27,925 nucleotides of DNA from a virus (IMGVR_UViG_3300028326_000020:1-27925); one strand, 5' to 3'. Shown: positions 8,157-15,402, counted from the first letter of the stretch. The notes: generated by a model not told the origin, from the sequence alone. Numbers and translations are program-made.

Positions 8157-8553
8157 AGTAGAACTGATCGGAAGATTAACAAGAGATCCCGAAATCAGAT
8201 ATACGCCGGCACAGCTGGCAGTGGCAACTTTCTCAATAGCGATAGACAGACCGACGAGAAGCGGAGAAGATAAGAAAACAGATTATCCGAGGATTTACGT
8301 TTTTGGAAAATCCGCCGAAAACTGCGAGAAGTATCTTGCAAAAGGAAGACTGGTAGGAGTTACGGGGAGGATCCAAACAGGAAGCTATCAGAACAGGGAT
8401 GGAGCTACCATTTACACAACCGACGTGATAGCAGACAGAGTAGAGTTTTTGGAACGCCGAGAAAAGAAGGAACACGTTGAAGCAGGACCTGAAGACATTC
8501 CTGCTGAAATGCCTGATTCTTTTCAGGCCATAGACGAAGACATACCGTTTTAG
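8149..8553 (+). CDS. ssb: Single-stranded DNA-binding protein
   Basis: NRVELIGRLTRDPEIRYT...GRIQTGSY...DEDIPF acidic tail; TTG start (alternative GTG 8140). Confidence 0.96.
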   Translation: MNRVELIGRLTRDPEIRYTPAQLAVATFSIAIDRPTRSGEDKKTDYPRIYVFGKSAENCEKYLAKGRLVGVTGRIQTGSYQNRDGATIYTTDVIADRVEFLERREKKEHVEAGPEDIPAEMPDSFQAIDEDIPF

Positions 8554-8562
8554 GAGGAAAAT

Positions 8563-8907
8563 ATGGAGATTAAAGACAGCGGGCAGCGCACGGAGTTTGA
8601 AACCGGAGCTGTCAGAGATATGCATGAAGGAAAGGGCAGGTTTGACCTGCTGCCCTGGAGAGCAATATGGGCAGTGGCTAGACACTGCGAAGAGGGCGCT
8701 AAGAAATATGGAGAAAGAAATGTAGACAAGGGCATCCCGCAGCACAGCTTCATAGATTCGGCATATAGACATATGACTGAATACCTTTTGAACAAAACCG
8801 ATGAAGATCATCTGCGCGCCGCATGCTGGAATCTGCTGTGGGCGCTGGAACAGGAAGAGACGCACAGAGAATTAATAGATCTGCCCAATAGGGAAACAAA
8901 TGATTGA
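8563..8907 (+). CDS. dATP/dGTP diphosphohydrolase-domain protein (DUF5664-type)
   Basis: TGAVRD...GKGRFDLLP...GAKKYGERN..KG...DSAYRH...EDHL.A..WN motif. Confidence 0.85.
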   Translation: MEIKDSGQRTEFETGAVRDMHEGKGRFDLLPWRAIWAVARHCEEGAKKYGERNVDKGIPQHSFIDSAYRHMTEYLLNKTDEDHLRAACWNLLWALEQEETHRELIDLPNRETND

Positions 8908-8923
8908 GGAAAGGCGGTACAAA

Positions 8924-9082
8924 ATGACAGATATAATATATCTTAGTGCCATTGCCATAGCGGTGATCATTGTGCTATATGCGTCATTGAGCGGAAATAA
9001 TGCATTGGTGAAGATAACCTGCATCCTGCTTGCAGTCGCTGGAATAGTCTACATGATGTGTAAGCAAGGACTAATAGACTAA
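8924..9082 (+). CDS. Small two-TM membrane protein
   Basis: Two hydrophobic helices; alternative start at 8900. Confidence 0.6.
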   Translation: MTDIIYLSAIAIAVIIVLYASLSGNNALVKITCILLAVAGIVYMMCKQGLID

Positions 9083-9267
9083 ACAATAGACTAAAAGCAA
9101 GTTAAAAAGTTGAGCAAAATCAACGTGCTGAGCAGATTGATAAGACTAAATAATAGACTAAAGCAAGTTAAATTAGTCTATTAAGTCTAATGTAACGCAC
9201 GTAACGCACGCCGTGCGTTGGAAATTAGAATCTAACGCACGGAAGTGGTTGTTGCACTTTATGCAAC
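9069..9267. repeat. Non-coding cluster of short direct and inverted repeats
   Basis: GACTAA x5 plus inverted TTAGTCT; ATAGACTAAA(A)GCAAGTTAAA x2; TAACGCACG x3 plus near-inverted CGTGCGTTG; GTTGCA-N5-TGCAAC. Confidence 0.8.
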
Positions 9268-9289
9268 AAGTGAAAGAGAGTGAGTAGAA

Positions 9290-9610
9290 ATGAGAAATAG
9301 AGAGTTTTTGGAAGAGTATTTTAGAGGCCACTGCGAAGGCTTTGGAACGTGTCCTTGCGAAGACAGTTTTGGCCTAAACGTAATTATACGGGCAGTAGAT
9401 AGGAACTGGCTGGATGCTGAACATGAATCAGAGGAAACCCAGAACAGGCGAGCAGAAATGGCTGTTGCATATGAAATAGCGAAATACTGCTTAACTCATG
9501 ACCATCATTGTGATTACTGCGTGTTTCATGATGATAGTTGCAAATTATATTCAAACAAATATGGATATCCGTATGAATGGGAACGGCAGGCGAATAGAAA
9601 TGACGAATAA
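9290..9610 (+). CDS. Hypothetical Cys/His-rich phage protein
   Basis: ORF track; junction RBS motif; IAKYC...CDYCVF...PYEW pattern. Confidence 0.7.
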   Translation: MRNREFLEEYFRGHCEGFGTCPCEDSFGLNVIIRAVDRNWLDAEHESEETQNRRAEMAVAYEIAKYCLTHDHHCDYCVFHDDSCKLYSNKYGYPYEWERQANRNDE

Positions 9611-9839
9611 AGAGTTTGAAACGATTAAAGACAATTTGTGTATCGAATACCACGAAGAGCTTGAAGACATCGCAATCGAAGCGCTTGAAAGGCAGATACC
9701 GAGAAAGCCAAGGCGGTTCCCAGAAACGCGTTCAAGCCTCAAATGGAACTGCGGCTACTGCGGAGAAGCATTAGTAGCAAGACAGCGTTACTGCTCGTGG
9801 TGCGGCCACCCTATAGATTGGAGTGATGAAGATGACTAG
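9600..9839 (+). CDS. Zinc-ribbon phage protein
   Basis: IEALERQIPRKP...CGYCG...YCSWCGHPIDWS pattern; start moved to ATG 9600. Confidence 0.8.
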   Translation: MTNKEFETIKDNLCIEYHEELEDIAIEALERQIPRKPRRFPETRSSLKWNCGYCGEALVARQRYCSWCGHPIDWSDEDD

Positions 9840-10083
9840 ACAAACACATCTGACATTTATTAGTATAGACATGCCAAAGCCAGTAACTAACGGCGACAGA
9901 GTAAGGGCGATGAGTGACTAAGAATTAGTGAAAATACTTTTCGGTTACTGCCCATATGAAACCGAAGAGCAAGACCAATGTCTTAAATTCATGTCGTATG
10001 ATGGCAATAGAGAAATAATGGGATGTGATGCGTGTACATTGGATTGGCTGAAGTCGGAAGTAAAGGAGAGTGAGCAGGGATGA
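9832..10083 (+). pseudogene. Phage hypothetical gene interrupted by one in-frame TAA at 9919-9921
   Basis: Reads TNGDRVRAMSD*ELVKIL...CDACTLDWLKSEVKESEQG; the usual motif is TNxDRIRxMSDEELA. Confidence 0.75.
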
Positions 10084-10415
10084 CATTATACGAAATGCTC
10101 GATAAAAGTGTATATTGGCAACAAGTATGGATTTACTCAAACAATAATTATGACCAAAATATGCCTGTTTTTAAAGGGCGTGTCTGTGATGCAAGAAGGG
10201 ACGATGATATGACATGGGATTTTTTAGGAAATAAAATCGTCGTATATGAGTTCAAAAGCGGAATTCTTGTAATTAAAGTAGAATCTGAGCATCCGGATAA
10301 ACACGTTGAAGATGAATATTATAACACAGGAATATGGGGAAAAGAAAAAGAAAAACGTCCGTGGAGATATAGTATAGAAATAGACCAGGAATTGAAGGAG
10401 AGTGAGCAGGAATGA
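10080..10415 (+). CDS. Hypothetical phage protein
   Basis: ATGA overlap, AAGGAGAGTGAG junction/RBS. Confidence 0.78.
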   Translation: MTLYEMLDKSVYWQQVWIYSNNNYDQNMPVFKGRVCDARRDDDMTWDFLGNKIVVYEFKSGILVIKVESEHPDKHVEDEYYNTGIWGKEKEKRPWRYSIEIDQELKESEQE

Positions 10416-10657
10416 GAGAAACGGATGAAACTATAATGATTAATAATCTAGAATTACCAAAAGCATGGAAATGTCCATATTGCGGAAAAATAAATAACTT
10501 TGGTTTTTATGCACAGCAAATATTTGAAGAAAGTGGCAAAGTAATAATACATTGCAGTCAATGTGGAAGTTTGCACATATGGAAGCTCAAACTTACCGAA
10601 GAATTTAAAAAATCAGTTGTTGATATGCTATTAGAGGAGAGTGAGCAGGATGAGTGA
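10412..10657 (+). CDS. Zinc-ribbon hypothetical protein
   Basis: WKCPYCG...HCSQCG. Confidence 0.75.
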   Translation: MRETDETIMINNLELPKAWKCPYCGKINNFGFYAQQIFEESGKVIIHCSQCGSLHIWKLKLTEEFKKSVVDMLLEESEQDE

Positions 10658-10997
10658 TAGATTGATTAGTGCATATAGAACAAAATTTATAATGCGAAAG
10701 CAAAATTGTACTTATTGTGAGTACAGGCTATGTGATGGATGTTGGGTTAATAAGGTTTTAGGGATTATTGATGAGCAGCCGACAGCATACGATGTGGAAG
10801 ATAAAATTAAAAAATTACAACAGTTAGCAGGGAATGGTCATCACGATACACTATTTGACCATAAATGGGAGTTATTTTTAAGAGCTAATGCGGTTTATCG
10901 CATAGTGAAAGGCGGTGGCTGCGACGATGAACACACGCAGGAAGAGTTTGAGTATGGAATTGAACCATACTGTGACGATGATGGGAACAATTTATAG
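10650..10997 (+). CDS. Hypothetical phage protein (MSDRLIS...EQPTAYDVE...IVKGGG)
   Basis: Recurrent clostridial phage early-gene pattern; start at ATG 10650. Confidence 0.75.
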   Translation: MSDRLISAYRTKFIMRKQNCTYCEYRLCDGCWVNKVLGIIDEQPTAYDVEDKIKKLQQLAGNGHHDTLFDHKWELFLRANAVYRIVKGGGCDDEHTQEEFEYGIEPYCDDDGNNL

Positions 10998-11011
10998 GAA
11001 GGCGGTGCGGA

Positions 11012-11176
11012 ATGATATTCCTTGATTATGGGGTTTGCAGAAGCTGCAGCAATCTTGACTCATACGGAGTTACGTGTCTTAAATGCGGCAAGTGCGGCAG
11101 AAAGTTTAAAGGCGGAATTTTGAAAAACGGAGACGAGTATCCAACGTGCGACGAGGAGGAAGAAAATGACGAATGA
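11012..11176 (+). CDS. 54-aa Cys-rich protein, absent from the ORF track
   Basis: MIFLDYGVCRSCSNLDSYGVTCLKCGKCGRKF...; AAGGCGGTG RBS; fills the operon gap. Confidence 0.6.
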   Translation: MIFLDYGVCRSCSNLDSYGVTCLKCGKCGRKFKGGILKNGDEYPTCDEEEENDE

Positions 11177-11447
11177 AAAAACTGTATTTACAATAGATGA
11201 ACTATTTGGAAGACCTTTGAGACACGCCATAAGACAGGAACGTCAGACAGAATGGAAAACTGACAAATACAGCGATTATAAAATGAGTGATGTAACAGAT
11301 GATGCTGTTATGGATCTGTCAAGAATGAATCACACAAAATACGATGAGAAAGGTGACTTTGTGTGCTACGGAAAGCCGAAGGAAGAAGAGCAGGAACTGG
11401 AAGACCGTAAAGCCTCGATACTGTCCCAGATGAATAGCGAGGTATGA
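11166..11447 (+). CDS. Hypothetical phage protein
   Basis: GAGGAGG RBS, operonic. Confidence 0.7.
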   Translation: MTNEKTVFTIDELFGRPLRHAIRQERQTEWKTDKYSDYKMSDVTDDAVMDLSRMNHTKYDEKGDFVCYGKPKEEEQELEDRKASILSQMNSEV

Positions 11448-11448
11448 T

Positions 11449-11610
11449 ATGACTAGGAAGGAAATCATGGAAATGCATGGCATACAGATGTTATGGAGGG
11501 AAAGCGATTATCAGGAACTGAATGAAGAAGAAGCAAAACTGGCTGAAAAGTTGGCATATGGCCTGCTTCAGATATTCAGGGATAACTTTCTGGAAAGGAA
11601 GATGAACTGA
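11449..11610 (+). CDS. 53-aa hypothetical protein, absent from the ORF track
   Basis: MTRKEIMEMHGIQMLWRESDYQE...; GAGGT RBS; stop overlaps the next start. Confidence 0.6.
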   Translation: MTRKEIMEMHGIQMLWRESDYQELNEEEAKLAEKLAYGLLQIFRDNFLERKMN

Positions 11611-11900
11611 TGATACCTAAAGTTAAAAAACCTGGAACTAATAAGCAGGAAACTAGGCCGACCGCTATATTTATGACAGCTAACTATTTTACACTGGCAA
11701 TAGTGCTGCGGATCCTCTACCAGGAGCATGGCTTCCGTGCCAAGAGACTCGGCGGTTTTATAGCATCATATCTTGCTCTCATGGCTGAAACCAGCGATGG
11801 ACGCAATTCCGTCAATGGCATGATCAGAGATACCAAAGAGCTGACCGGAATAGATGTCAAGAAAATAATAAATGAGGTGTTGAAAAGTGAATGTGCCTAA
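11610..11900 (+). CDS. Hypothetical phage protein
   Basis: LYQEHGFRAKRL...ELTGID pattern common in Firmicutes phages. Confidence 0.75.
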   Translation: MIPKVKKPGTNKQETRPTAIFMTANYFTLAIVLRILYQEHGFRAKRLGGFIASYLALMAETSDGRNSVNGMIRDTKELTGIDVKKIINEVLKSECA

Positions 11901-12099
11901 ATACATTAAGCAGGCCCTGCAGAGACGCATGACTGCAGCTTACTCATTTTCCGAAAATGATCAGATCGTATCGGAATGGCTGAGTAAGCATGATGTGAAG
12001 GTCGATATGTGCGATGCATATAACGAGCTGGAAGCATTGTTTGATCCGGCAGAATCTGCCGGAAGGATAATTAAAGCGATTAAAGAAAAGGAGAAGTAA
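11887..12099 (+). CDS. Hypothetical phage protein
   Basis: GTG start with GAGGTG RBS. Confidence 0.7.
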   Translation: MNVPKYIKQALQRRMTAAYSFSENDQIVSEWLSKHDVKVDMCDAYNELEALFDPAESAGRIIKAIKEKEK

Positions 12100-12101
12100 A
12101 A

Positions 12102-12344
12102 ATGAAAAAGAATGAAGAAAGAAATGGGCTAACGTTTGAAGAGGCATTTGCCGCTGTAAAGTCTGGTAATGGCATGAGATTGCCAAAATGGAGCAAGGAC
12201 GTGGTTATAAGAGCGCAGTATCCAGACGAAAACAGCAAGATGACGGCACCTTATCTCTACGTTGAGAGCAGATATGGAAGAGTGCCGTGGAAAGAAACGA
12301 TGATCGAATTGTTTTCTAACGAATGGCAGATAGTTGAGGTTTAG
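12102..12344 (+). CDS. DUF2829 / Tad2-like (Thoeris anti-defence sponge-like) protein
   Basis: TFEEAFAAVKSG..MR.PKW...PYLYV...VPWKET..ELFSNEWQIVE matches the F..A...K.G...R..W...PW....DL...DW.IV family pattern. Confidence 0.72.
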   Translation: MKKNEERNGLTFEEAFAAVKSGNGMRLPKWSKDVVIRAQYPDENSKMTAPYLYVESRYGRVPWKETMIELFSNEWQIVEV

Positions 12345-12346
12345 AA

Positions 12347-12559
12347 ATGGATGAGACATATAAGATAATCAAAGACTATGGGATCATCGAAGAAGGCAAA
12401 AGCGGATGGGAGCGCCGGCTGGTCCTGATCAGCTGGTACGGCCATGAAGCAGGATATGAAATCAGATCCTTTAAAGACGGCAAGCCAGGAAAGCTAACTA
12501 AACTTACTGAGGACGGAATCAAGTCACTTGGTGCCATGATTTCAGAAATCAAATTTTAA
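12347..12559 (+). CDS. PC4/YdbC-family ssDNA-binding protein
   Basis: YKIIKDYGIIEEGKSGWERRLVLISWYG...YEIRSF...KLTEDGIKSL. Confidence 0.8.
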   Translation: MDETYKIIKDYGIIEEGKSGWERRLVLISWYGHEAGYEIRSFKDGKPGKLTKLTEDGIKSLGAMISEIKF

Positions 12560-12562
12560 CTA

Positions 12563-12670
12563 CATATATATATATGAAGAAACCCGACGCGAAAGCGTCG
12601 GGCATTACCATAACAGTCTGGGACGCATAGGGAGTGTAAGCCTCCCTTGAATCCTCGATTAGAGTATTAA
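12563..12670. other. Structured intergenic region upstream of the Rep gene, candidate double-strand origin
   Basis: CATATATATATATG palindrome; CCCGACGC-GAAA-GCGTCGGG hairpin (12583-12602); AGGGAG/CTCCCT hairpin (12629-12647). Confidence 0.45.
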
Positions 12671-12685
12671 ACATAGGAGCAAAAA

Positions 12686-13492
12686 ATGAAAGTCGTAAGA
12701 GAAACATGCGTGTCTGGAAAAGTGATTGACGTTACTGTCAGAGTACCTTCCGGACGTCATGGCGGACACAGATCCCCTAAGATGGTGATTACATCCGAAA
12801 AAGTGCAAAAGAATAATGACAGAATGACATGCAAGAAACTTGGCAGGATCTTGAATGCAAATTTTGACAGCGACTCATGGCATCTTACTCTTACCTACGC
12901 CGATGCTCCTGATCCTGAAGAGGCGCAGGCTGAATTTAAAAGATTTATTTCAAGGCTCAGAAGGCTCATGAAGAAGTCCGGCCTTGAGCTTAAATGGGTC
13001 ATGGCGATGGAATATAAAAATACAAGACTGCATCACCATTTTGTTACGAACGCACCTATCGGATTAGCACAGAAGGCATGGACCAGCGGAAAAATCATAA
13101 GCAGGCAGCTTTTTGAGGATCCTAATTACTATCGACTTGGCGAATATCTGATCAAGGAAACAACCAAAACCTTTAGGAATGAAAACAGCTGCTTTAAAAC
13201 ACGCTACTCTCACAGCAGGAATCTTGTCATCCCAAAACCGCAGATAGAATATGTCGATGAGCGTCAGCTGTTTGATGATCCTGAACCGAGAAAAGGTTAC
13301 TACATCGATCCTGAAACAGTCAGACGTTTTGAGCATCCCGTTACTGGACTTGAACATCTTGAGTATATGATGATCTCCATTGAAGAGGAGCCGCGCATTA
13401 AAAAATACTATAAAGGCAAAACTAAAAAACGTGAAGAAAACTTTGAAAGATATATCAACTACGCAGAAGAGCAGCAGAGCCTAATTATTTAG
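12686..13492 (+). CDS. HUH-superfamily rolling-circle replication initiator-like endonuclease
   Basis: Motif I HLTLTY, motif II RLHHHFV, motif III YLIKE. Confidence 0.85.
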   Translation: MKVVRETCVSGKVIDVTVRVPSGRHGGHRSPKMVITSEKVQKNNDRMTCKKLGRILNANFDSDSWHLTLTYADAPDPEEAQAEFKRFISRLRRLMKKSGLELKWVMAMEYKNTRLHHHFVTNAPIGLAQKAWTSGKIISRQLFEDPNYYRLGEYLIKETTKTFRNENSCFKTRYSHSRNLVIPKPQIEYVDERQLFDDPEPRKGYYIDPETVRRFEHPVTGLEHLEYMMISIEEEPRIKKYYKGKTKKREENFERYINYAEEQQSLII

Positions 13493-13518
13493 GCTTGTTT
13501 GCCGTGAAAGGAAAAAGA

Positions 13519-13917
13519 ATGAGACACTTTGAAGACTATCAGAGAACCAAAAGCAACCCTTACATCCTGCCGGAAAATCTCTACAAGCAGACGCTCTATC
13601 AGATCAGAGACTATAACCGCATCTGTGAGGAGATTAAGGACCTGCCAACAAGAAGCCCAGCTCCGCCAGACGGACAGCCGCGCGGGAATGGTACGGGCAA
13701 TCCGACAGAATATACAGGTGTTAAGCTGGCTCAGTATAAAACCATAAAAGAGGCCATAGAAAAGGCCAGAAACGACATCCCTGTAGAATATCGCGAGGGC
13801 GTGTGGAAGAAAGTCATGTATAACTCTAACTATCCCATTGATGCGGATCCTTCCACTTACTGGCGCTATAAGTGCAAATTTGTTTATTCAGTTGCTAAAT
13901 ATCTGTTTCTGGCCTAG
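13519..13917 (+). CDS. ArpU/RinA-like late transcriptional activator
   Basis: Last early gene; IRDY...DGQPRGNGTGNPTE...STYWRYKCKFVYSVAKYL pattern; start at ATG 13519. Confidence 0.7.
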   Translation: MRHFEDYQRTKSNPYILPENLYKQTLYQIRDYNRICEEIKDLPTRSPAPPDGQPRGNGTGNPTEYTGVKLAQYKTIKEAIEKARNDIPVEYREGVWKKVMYNSNYPIDADPSTYWRYKCKFVYSVAKYLFLA

Positions 13918-13920
13918 TTG

Positions 13921-13950
13921 TTGACAAACCTAATAAACGTGATATATTAT
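13921..13950 (+). promoter_or_regulatory. Strong sigma-A type promoter with no downstream ORF
   Basis: TTGACA (13921-13926) then TG-A-TATATT (13940-13948) or TATTAT (13945-13950). Confidence 0.75.
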
Positions 13951-13954
13951 AACT

Positions 13955-14090
13955 GTCCGGAAGAAATTCCGAGTGGATTTAAAAAATTATTTGCTTAACG
14001 GCAAAACCCTTTAACGTCAGGGCGTAAGCCCTGCGGATTGAAATTATTACATGTAAGAAAAAAGACCGGTCAATTAAGGCCGGCCTTTTT
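13955..14090 (+). ncRNA. Candidate ~135-nt structured non-coding RNA
   Basis: Own promoter and terminator, several hairpins with GNRA or TTAACG loops, internal two-unit repeat, no RBS/ORF. Confidence 0.62.
14059..14090. terminator. Bidirectional intrinsic terminator
   Basis: AAAAAGACCGGTC-AATTAA-GGCCGGCCTTTTT between convergent units. Confidence 0.8.
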
Positions 14091-14091
14091 G

Positions 14092-14943
14092 TTAAATTTC
14101 ATACCATTCATCGTAAAAACCTTCAGAACCGAATTCACAAATAGGATTTTCGTCTTCAGTAGCTTTACGGCCTATCCATTTCGAAATGTAAAGTCTGTTG
14201 CCTTCCCAGTCACTTATCACAACGTCATTGCCCGTATAAGACATGTTTTCTTTTGCTTTTTTCATGGCCTCGTCAACGGTGCTTGCGCCGAAATCTCCGG
14301 CTCCTGTACCAAAGCTTACATGATAAGCGTTCTTGCTGTCGTATCTTCCATCGCAGTATCCGCCGCTGTTGTATGATTCCCAGTCCTCTGGATCATCAAG
14401 GTCACTTCCCATAACGTCGAGCACGTATATATGGCTTTTGTTCTTTTCCGCAGATGTAAGAGCATCCCACTGATTCTCTGCCTCTTTGTTGGCATCGTCC
14501 AGATTATCATATACTTTCACGAACTGCTCATATTTTCTTTCGTCTATGACTAGATATCTAACTTCATTCATGATATATCCTATCCTTTCAAGTTCCTCGA
14601 TTATCAGTCTTTCTGCCCATGCAGGGCATGAATGATTTCCGCTTTCCCAGTTTTCTATGTTTCTTTTAGGTATTCCCATGATGTCAGCCATTTTCTGCTG
14701 GCTGAGACCGGTGTACTTCCTGGCGTCTCTGATCGTTTCTGCGCTGGTGTCTTCCAGGTCTAGATCTACGGCTGTATCGTTAAGTCTTACTTCTCCGATA
14801 TAGTCTTTAACGCTGATAAGTCTCGGCTTATCTGCCATGTCCTGACTCTTGTAAAAATGATTGGCTTCTCCAAGCGTTCTGAAATATTCATAAAGCGGTC
14901 CGTCGCTTCCTACGTGCGTATATGCCACTTCCCAGATTCTCAT
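14092..14943 (-). CDS. Multi-domain acidic protein with a central XRE HTH (Aca-like fusion)
   Basis: IRDARKYTGLSQQKMADIMGIPKRNIENWESG HTH; N-terminal domain resembles the upstream 68-aa protein; GGAGGTG RBS. Confidence 0.85.
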   Translation of the reverse strand: MRIWEVAYTHVGSDGPLYEYFRTLGEANHFYKSQDMADKPRLISVKDYIGEVRLNDTAVDLDLEDTSAETIRDARKYTGLSQQKMADIMGIPKRNIENWESGNHSCPAWAERLIIEELERIGYIMNEVRYLVIDERKYEQFVKVYDNLDDANKEAENQWDALTSAEKNKSHIYVLDVMGSDLDDPEDWESYNSGGYCDGRYDSKNAYHVSFGTGAGDFGASTVDEAMKKAKENMSYTGNDVVISDWEGNRLYISKWIGRKATEDENPICEFGSEGFYDEWYEI

Positions 14944-14953
14944 ATCGCACCTC

Positions 14954-15160
14954 CTAAAATCTGTCGATCATTCCGTCAAGAGCCAGCTGCGTCCATCCGA
15001 GTAGCTCATTGACTTCTTCATCGTCTACATTAACTGACTCAACTGATCCGGTATAATCTGTCTCTGCAAAATCTGATGCAGCTTTCTTATTCTCAAAATA
15101 ATAGTGTTCCGGCTTTGATTTTCCTGCAACTGACTTTTCTACAACGTATAACTTTCTCAT
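14954..15160 (-). CDS. Small acidic hypothetical protein, anti-defence candidate
   Basis: 68 aa, D/E-rich, AGGAGGT RBS, first gene after a strong operator-bearing promoter. Confidence 0.82.
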   Translation of the reverse strand: MRKLYVVEKSVAGKSKPEHYYFENKKAASDFAETDYTGSVESVNVDDEEVNELLGWTQLALDGMIDRF

Positions 15161-15206
15161 TTCATACCTCCTGCCTTTCGGCTCTCTCTTTCTTTATCTT
15201 GTATAT

Positions 15207-15270
15207 ATATTACCACCAAATTGGTGGTAAGTCAATACTTTTCTAAAAAAATACCACCAAATTGGTGATT
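15207..15270 (-). promoter_or_regulatory. Promoter of the accessory operon with two operator palindromes
   Basis: TTGACT(15235-15230)-N17-TAATAT(15212-15207); perfect palindrome TTACCACCAA-A-TTGGTGGTAA (15210-15230); second copy TACCACCAAATTGGTG (15252-15267). Confidence 0.85.
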
Positions 15271-15280
15271 TTATGTTTCT

Positions 15281-15338
15281 GAAAATGCAAATCGTTTGCA
15301 TTTTCTGCAATCATGGGGCAAGATTTCTGTGATATTAT
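15281..15338 (+). promoter_or_regulatory. Putative activator-dependent late promoter
   Basis: Palindrome GAAAATGCAAA-TCG-TTTGCATTTTC (15281-15305) and extended -10 TG-A-TATTAT (15330-15338) with no consensus -35. Confidence 0.55.
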
Positions 15339-15402
15339 GATACTGTAAAAAGACTGGAAAAAAGATTTCCTTTCCGAACTAAATCACAATCAATCGGAAA
15401 AG

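Noticed and set aside
8233-8865. 210-aa minus-strand ORF
   Set aside because: Antisense to ssb and the diphosphohydrolase gene; no recognisable motifs.
9069-9267. CRISPR mini-array
   Set aside because: Repeats are 6-20 bp, irregularly spaced and in both orientations; no repeat-spacer periodicity.
9919-9921. Stop-codon reassignment (TAA read-through)
   Set aside because: TAA, TAG and TGA all terminate clear genes elsewhere in the window, and large genes are uninterrupted.
14038-14376. 112-aa plus-strand ORF downstream of the 13921 promoter
   Set aside because: TTG start without RBS, crosses the terminator and is antisense to the HTH gene.
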